Assembly: GCA_020137815.1 (NCBI GenBank)
Contig: CM035358.1
Coordinates: 7,874,001 to 7,938,000, forward strand
DNA length: 64,000 nucleotides
DNA from: Hormiphora californensis
Taxonomy: Eukaryota; Animalia; Ctenophora
Direction of reading: 5' to 3'
Shown here: in pieces, positions 56,910 to 64,000 of the stretch
Layout of the letters: each line of letters begins with the position of its first letter
How positions within the stretch are numbered: position 1 is the stretch's first letter
Program-made: the position numbers and the translations under genes
The notes under the pieces: model-generated
What the model was told of the DNA's origin: nothing
Database searches by the model: none
Seen by the model: only the letters and a program-made list of their open reading frames with translations

Positions 56910-57636
56910 ATAAAAAACGGCAGGGATTTTTTAATTTGGAGGTCTAGTGCCGCGCAATCCTTTTTATGCGCGGCGTTGTATTTGCGCGTGACAACACACA
57001 CTGCGCTGGCAAGTGCAACAGGTGGCCATTTTCCTTGTTTACATCAATAAGCGATACATTATGTAACAACATTTGGTTATTTGAGCCGGCACTGGCGTAA
57101 TACTGCACTGCAGTGACTGCTCCCTGGGACCCCCCCCCCTGATTCAGATTCGCGGTTGCGTTGAATTGGGCTAGGGCCGGGGTTCCCAGACCGGTAGACC
57201 ACCTGACCAGTGATCACAGTCCCAGCTGGGATCCAGAGGGATTATAATAGATAAACCACCAGAGACGAAATCTATTGCCAGAAAAGTGACTCAGTGACAT
57301 GTCATGACAATTCTGACCCACTATTTTGGCGGTGCATGGCTTCCCGGGCATATAACAATAATCTCCAGCTGGGACGTCTCTGGAAAGGTATACGGATACC
57401 TACTAGTACTTACTATAACTACATAGCCTACAAATATTTAGTTGTTTAACAATAACAGGGAGAACAAATCATTTTAAGAGAAAAATTATCGTGATATGGA
57501 CACACTGATAAGCTTCAAGCGACTAAAAACAGTTGCACTCATTTGTACAATTATTGAGTTTCTAACTCAATATTATATTACAGCCGTACAACAACAAAAC
57601 AGTGACAGCAGGTCTCGCCAGGTCATGAAACGAATA

Positions 57637-57895
57637 TTAGGGGAAACTCTAACTGAATGCCCGCGCAGTAATGGCGTCCCATCACTGGTAAAAATCTAAC
57701 TGATAATGGGAGTCATCACTCTGGGCGCGCCAGGATTTGCCACAACTTTTGCCAAAAAAAGGCTTTTACGTAGGGCGCGATGACAAACACACGAACATGG
57801 TCGCGCGTTCTTCCATCATTCCTTCCATTCAATTAGAGTTTTACCAGTGATGGGACGCCATTACTGCGCGGGCATTCAGTTAGAGTTTCCCCTAA
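57637..57895. mobile_element. MITE with ~57-bp perfect TIRs
   Basis: ttaggggaaactctaactgaatgcccgcgcagtaatggcgtcccatcactggtaaaa and its reverse complement. Confidence 0.9.
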
Positions 57896-58102
57896 GAATC
57901 CAAGCATATCGTCCATAGGAAAATAGTGTCTGTCCTACAACAGCGTTAAAACAAGGACATTATCTCAATTCTTCATTCTCCTAACTCTTTCTCAGTTCTG
58001 TGCCCTAATTGGCATGCCTATTTGTCTCTTGTTAGTTGTTGCAATTGGTAATCTCTATAATAAAAGCAGCACAGCAGCATTTCATTTCTTCAGACCAGCT
58101 CT

Positions 58103-61100
58103 TCAACTGGTTTTCTTGTGTTTGGTCAGAAAATCCCTGACTTTCTGCTCGTTCGAACCGGAAAATTCTTCAATCTGAAAAGATGGAATTTTAAAAAACC
58201 GTCGATCCCGTCGATAATATGTATTCACTTTTTGAATGCTCAAAAATGTTCAGTGTTCACACGACACGGCGTGCCTGGTGAAATTTTAACACGACCTAGC
58301 ATGCGACGGGAAACCACCACTTGTACGTGGTAGCTGAGGGTCTACAGAATGGCGCTACGGTGCGGGAAAAAACATTCCATTCCCTAAAATATTTTTTTTA
58401 CTTTTATTTGATTTGGGTCAAAATTGGCTATATTAAACGTGGTCCCGAAAAATCCATAATGACTTAGCACACGAAATATGTCACCCCTACCTATTTTTGC
58501 ACGTAGAATCGATTGCCGTTGAAGTCGAATCTCTAAGATGACTGTAAAATGGTCAAAAGTTGATTTTTTACCATTTTTTGGAGGTTTTTGGCCCCTAAAG
58601 GGGGGGTTCCAACCTATTTTTTTGTATTTTTTTGTATTTTTTTGTACGGACCATACATAAAAGTATCCAAAATTCCTGTTTTTTTCCATACAAACAATAC
58701 AAAAAAGTACAAAAAAGTACAAAAAATAATGAAGGATGTGGGTGCGTGAAAAAAGTATAAATAATACATGTACATGAACATAAACGGAACCCAGCTATAC
58801 ATAAACGGTAAGAAATTGCGATTCGGGGAAATTTCTCGCTTAGAAAATACGATTCGGGAAAATTTTCTCGGTAAGAAATTGCGATTCGGGAAAATTTCTT
58901 GCTTAGAAAATACGATTCGAGAAAATTTTCTCGGTAAGAAATAGCGATTTGGAGAAATTTCTCGCTTAGAAAATACGATTCGAGAAAATTTTCTCGGTAA
59001 GAAATTGCGATTCGAGGAAATTTCTCGCTTAGAAAATACGATTCGAGAAAATTTTCTCGGTAAGAAATTGCGATTCGGGGAAATTTCTCGCTTAGAAAAT
59101 ACGATTCGGGAAAATTTTCTTGGTAAGAAATTGCGATTCGAGGAAATTTCTCGCTTAGAAAATACGATTCGAGAAAATTTTCTCGGTAAGAAATTGCGAT
59201 TCGGGGAAATTTCTCGCTTAGAAAATACGATTCGGGAAAAATTTCTCGGTAAGAAATTGCGATTCGGGGAAATTTCTCGCTTAGAAAATACGATTCGGGA
59301 AAATTTTCTCGGTAAGAAATTGCGATTCGGGGAAATTTCTTGCTTAGAAAATACGATTCAGGAAAATTTTCTCGGTAAGAAATTGCGATTCGGGGAAATT
59401 TCTCGCTTAGAAAATACGATTCGGGAAAACTTTCTCGGTAAGAAATTGCGATTCGGGGAAATTTCTCGCTTAGAAAATACGATTCGAGAAAATTTCCTCG
59501 GTAAGAAATTGCGATTCGGGGAAATTTCTCGCTTAGAAAATACGATTCGAGAAAATTTTCTCGGTAAGAAATTGCGATTCGGGGAAATTTCTCGCTTAGA
59601 AAATACGATTCGAGAAAATTTTCTCGGTAAGAAATTGCGATTCGGGGAAATTTCTATCGCGATTTTGGCATGCTACATATGTAAGATATGTATATATTTT
59701 GTGCTAAATTGCGTGAAATAGCGTGGAAGAATGTTTAAAAACAGTAAAAGTTCAAACAATAATGGTAAATTACCATATAAAACTGTTTTTATTTTTTTGT
59801 ATTTTTTTGTACTTTTTTGTATTTTTTTGTATTTTTTTGTTTGAGGAAACCCGTGTTTTTTTCCGTACAAACGTACACGAAATAGGTTGGAACCCCCCCC
59901 CCCCTAAACCATTGAAAACGTTGAGATAGGAATTTGAAACTAGTGCCAATCGTTAAAATGGTCATTTTTCTACCAAGAACCAAGTTTTCGTGTATATCCG
60001 ATTTATGGTTAGATTTGGGCAAATTGTTGAAATCTGCCAACTAGGAGAACCGTAACTTGATTTTCTTGTTTTTTGGATTTTGGCATTTTTGACAAACTTC
60101 TGATTGAAATGGTCAATCGGGACCATGCTTAAGTTGTTTATGGGACAATTTTTGACTAAAATCCAAGATTTCATGCCAATCCAATAACAGATCGTTGATT
60201 TATAGAAAATTTAAGTAGGCAAAACGGTCAAAATGACAACTTTTCTTGCTTATTTTCACCGTTTTGCCTACTTCAATTTTCTATAAATCAACGATCTGTT
60301 ATTGGATTGGTATGAAATCTTGGATTTTAGTCGAAAATTGTCCCATAAACAACTTAAGCATGGTCCCGATTGACCATTTCAATCAGAAGTTTGTCAAAAA
60401 TGCCAAAATCCAAAAAACAAGAAAATCAAGTTACGGTTCTCCTAGTTGGCAGATTTCAACAATTTGCCCAAATCTAACCATAAATCGGATATACACGAAA
60501 ACTTGGTTCTTGGTAGAAAAATGACCATTTTAACGATTGGCACTAGTTTCAAATTCCTATCTCAACGTTTTCAATGGTTTAGGGGCCAAAAACCTCCAAA
60601 AAATGGTAAAAAATCAACTTTTGACCATTTTACAGTCATTTTAGAGATTCGACTTCAACGGCAATCGATTCTACGTGCAAAAATAGGTAGGGGTGACATA
60701 TTTCGTGTGCTAAGTCATTATGGATTTTTCGGGACCACGTTTAATACAGCCAATTTTGACCCAAATCAAATAAAAGTAAAAAAAAAAGATTTTAGGGAAT
60801 GGAATGTTTTTTCCCGCACCGTAGCGCCATTCTGTAGACCCTCAGCTACCACGTACAAGTGGTGGTTTCCCGTCGCATGCTAGGTCGTGTTAAAATTTCA
60901 CCAGGCACGCCGTGACGAGTCGGTTAAAACGGGAGAGTTCCATGAAAACTGTTACTTCATATAAAGTCAGAATTTCTTACCTTTCTGCATCTTCGAAAGA
61001 ACTGAAATGTTGGCACACACGATACTCCACAAGCCTGGGCTGTCACCTGCAGAAAATTGGAATTTTGTCATCTAGCTGCCGAGGACGGACAGACTTGCTC

Positions 61101-61474
61101 GACCCTGGCCTGTTTCACCGCCCCCACAATTTAAAGGAGGGTTAACAGTGTGGCTTACTGGCTAGTTGCCAGAACACAGTCGAACTCTGCACTGTCAGTG
61201 CAATGGCCTTACAGGTCCCGTTTTCACTGTTTTGAAATTCAAATTGAATATCAAACAGATCAGATCGTTCAGATTGTCACCACCAGATGTTTTCCAATAA
61301 ACAACTTACTATATTGTCATCTACATTGATTTGAAAGAAGGCCACATCAGGATTCTCTGTCACGATAAGGTTGACCTTTGGGGTTATCACTCGACATGGT
61401 CCGCACCACCTTGCTGTGAACACAAACACCAGGAGTTTCTCACCTCCACCTTCCAGGGCATTCTCAAAGTCACT
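58103..61474 (-). CDS. TXN: Thioredoxin (short first exon not located)
   Basis: Phase-0 exons 61474-61310 (SDFENALEGGGEKLLVFVFTARWCGPCRVITP...INVDDNI), 61046-60981 (VTAQACGVSCVPTFQFFRRCRK) and 58174-58103 (IEEFSGSNEQKVRDFLTKHKKTS*); WCGPC active site. Confidence 0.9.
58265..60914. mobile_element. Non-autonomous Chapaev-like DNA transposon in the thioredoxin intron
   Basis: ~330-bp TIRs starting CACGGCGTGCCTGG and ending CCAGGCACGCCGTG; 4-bp TSD acga; internal 63-bp array; second internal palindrome at ~59905-60580. Confidence 0.8.
58806..59655. repeat. 63-bp tandem repeat, ~13.5 copies, each made of two related ~31-bp halves
   Basis: Unit cggtaagaaattgcgattcggggaaatttctcgcttagaaaatacgattcgggaaaattttct. 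Confidence 0.95.
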
Positions 61475-63743
61475 CTGAAAATATAAATCATTTGAGACTG
61501 GAAATGAGTAGAAATTAAATAAAGTATAAACAAGAAAGGCGTGAATTTGAAAATTCAAATTTTAGGGTCTGGCCATGCGGATTTTTATGCGCGCGCACAT
61601 GTGTATGACTAAGGTGATTGCTGAAAAGTTGCACTTTCATTTTCTAAGAGACTGCGCGCAGTACTAAGATGAGACATGAACAGCGTGAGACAAGAATGGC
61701 GCCTGTCCCACGAATAAAATATGCAACAATAATTATCAATTTTTAGCAATTATCAATATTGGCATCCGGTAACTTGGAGGTAGGGTTCTAGGTTGTCGTG
61801 GAATGTGCCTACATGTGAAACTACAACACACGGCAGTAAAGTGCCGGGCGCCTGACATGTCATGACATGTGTGACATCATACTATTTTCAACGATTCTCA
61901 CATCTCAAAAGATACGAAACTGTCGATCATGCCTATGATGATGATGATGATGATGATGATTCAGTGTTCTCACTTTCTTTCTGTTTCCGGAGAGTCTGAA
62001 CACAACAGTTTCCGTGTGAACTGGGCGATTAGAGGTAGTAGAACACAGGCTGCAGGTTCAAGGAGAGAGAAATATAAAAACAGACGGAGCTTGTTGATAT
62101 GCGGCTTCTCCTAATTTGGCTACTGTATATTCATGCATATCTTTGCTACAATACACCTTAGCAGCTAATACTACTGTCATCAGTTTCCTAGGACACCTAA
62201 AGGGTTTATTCCTAGCTGCGTGTGTGTGTAGGATCTATCCAGCTGCTGGTACCTATCTCCCTATCTCCCTATTATAGTTCTACTGATTCTACATACCCTT
62301 CACTCAAGCTGTCAGGCGGAGCTACCCGATCTGAGGGAACTGTCTTTAAAACAGCTAAAAAGAACTTCCCGGGACCTTCCATTTTGGCACTGTTCTAATG
62401 ACGATGTATTGGAATGATAGAGTTTGAGATATTGGTTGAGTCGGCGTGTAGTATTATATGAGCACGGATTGTGGGATTGATTTGTATGAATGGCCACAGT
62501 ATAATTAAGACGGATTGCACCGCTTTTGTCTCCGCAACTTCTTTCTTTCTATCTCCTCTCTTCTCCTATTTTCTATCTCCTCTCCCTCTCACCCGTTCTT
62601 ATATTTTCGTGATCGTGACTTTATGCAAAAGATAGAACTAAGAAGAGAGGGGGAAGAGAGAGTTAATGAAAGTACCTCATGTAACAACTAAGAAGAGTGG
62701 TATGAAATGCCCCCCCCCCCAAAGATCACGGAGATTACCTGGGTATTAGGTAATCTCCGTGATCTTTGGGAACACTTCATACCTGTATCTAGCTATCCAG
62801 TATACGGCTGAAAAAAAGAAAGAAACAACGCGAAGCACGTGTGGGCACGTGCAAAAGACAATGAGTACGGAGCACGGACACAGTGCAAGCGACTCAATGA
62901 GTGAAGTGAAGTGAGACATAGTATGAAGATGGATACGGTATAAACTGCAGGGATATTCGGTACTTTTTTCTAACAAAATCGCCGTGTTATTTTCTACAAG
63001 TCTACAACTTTTATTGACGCCGGAAGGAGCTATCATTTCTACAGACTAGTAATACATGGTAAAAGAGGAGATATTCATTAGAAATGAGATTAATTAGGAG
63101 GGGGACATTTTATTGTTCGGAACAATAAAATGTCCCCCTCAATGTTCTCTGCAGAGATTTATAGGGAGGGACTTTACGATCATTATCATCATGTGGTCAA
63201 AAGATACACTCAGACAAACCGCACATGTATTGCACATGATAGCCAATGTATACCAATTATAGACATTCTCTGACCCCCCTCTCCCAGCTCTGGAGTAAGA
63301 GTACAAACGGCTGTATGATCATTAAGGCTGTCACAGATCTGATCACACATTCACAGTGCTGACAATTCGTTTCACGTTCTATCGCCCTGGGAAATCCACC
63401 GAGCTTGTTTGGTTTTAGATAAAGTATGTGCTACACAGATCAGTCCGTAGCACTTCCCTTGAAAGACGCAGCTATTATACAATGTATTGCTCTCCCTCAC
63501 TTACACACACAGGTCCTGGACCTTGTATTGGAAAGGAATGAGGCATTGCATACATCTCTCTCTCTCTCCCTTCTCTCCCTTCTCTCTCTCACTATTTTTC
63601 TCTCTCTCTTTCTCTCCCTTCTCTCCCTTCTCTCTCTTTCTCTCTATCATCATATATGATCGCACAATGTACGACTTTAATTGGGTACCCTGTACTAACA
63701 CCGATTACAGAACATCATTGCTAACCAGTTGCCTAGTTGAGAT

Positions 63744-63824
<81 letters not shown>

Positions 63825-64000
63825 TATGGCCTAGAGAGAGAGACAGTAGACACCTGAACAGGATAGAATGCAGACTGGAGATTACTAACTAACTAACATT
63901 CAGCTAGGCAACTCATATTGTATTCTGGCTCTTCCTAAACATTGTACCAACCCATGTTCCAAACGACCAAACGTCACACTGTGTGTTTTTCTGTCACACT

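Noticed and set aside
53195-57095. ccggcactgg direct repeat as the retroelement TSD
   Set aside because: The longer 14-bp duplication abuts the SL and the 3' UTR exactly; the 10-mer may be chance or belong to an older insertion.
58806-59655. CRISPR-like regular repeat
   Set aside because: No unique spacers, no cas genes, eukaryotic context.
59005-59721. 238-aa ORF of RFGEISRLENTIRENFLGKKL repeats
   Set aside because: By-product of a stop-free 63-bp (3n) tandem unit inside a non-autonomous transposon; no ATG start and no domain.

Overview
Intron-rich, repeat-rich animal DNA, most likely from a ctenophore (comb jelly), because a sequence matching the ctenophore spliced leader (SL) as I recall it lies at 56843-56909. 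Host genes reconstructed by hand from GT-AG exons: (1) a secreted protein whose exons appear to join three RECK-type CC cysteine domains to a glypican core, with its middle exons on the opposite strand (apparent ~10 kb inversion); (2) a nested antisense C-type lectin; (3) TTC39; (4) a GPCR remnant; (5) RASGEF1; (6) PSMD10/gankyrin; (7) an ORP9-like oxysterol-binding protein; (8) thioredoxin. The most striking element is an intact CRE-clade non-LTR retrotransposon (PHD-HeH-RT-RLE, 1043 aa) with a 14-bp target-site duplication (TSD). Its integrated 5' end is the host SL exon, which suggests it was retrotransposed from an SL trans-spliced RNA. The window also holds a 466-bp tandem array, a multi-level nest of non-autonomous DNA transposons containing a TAGCGCTAAT foldback satellite, hAT- and Chapaev-like elements, many MITEs, and repeated tandem duplications of splice junctions. 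Several single-base deletions in conserved exons suggest consensus errors. All family assignments come from remembered motifs; no database search was run.
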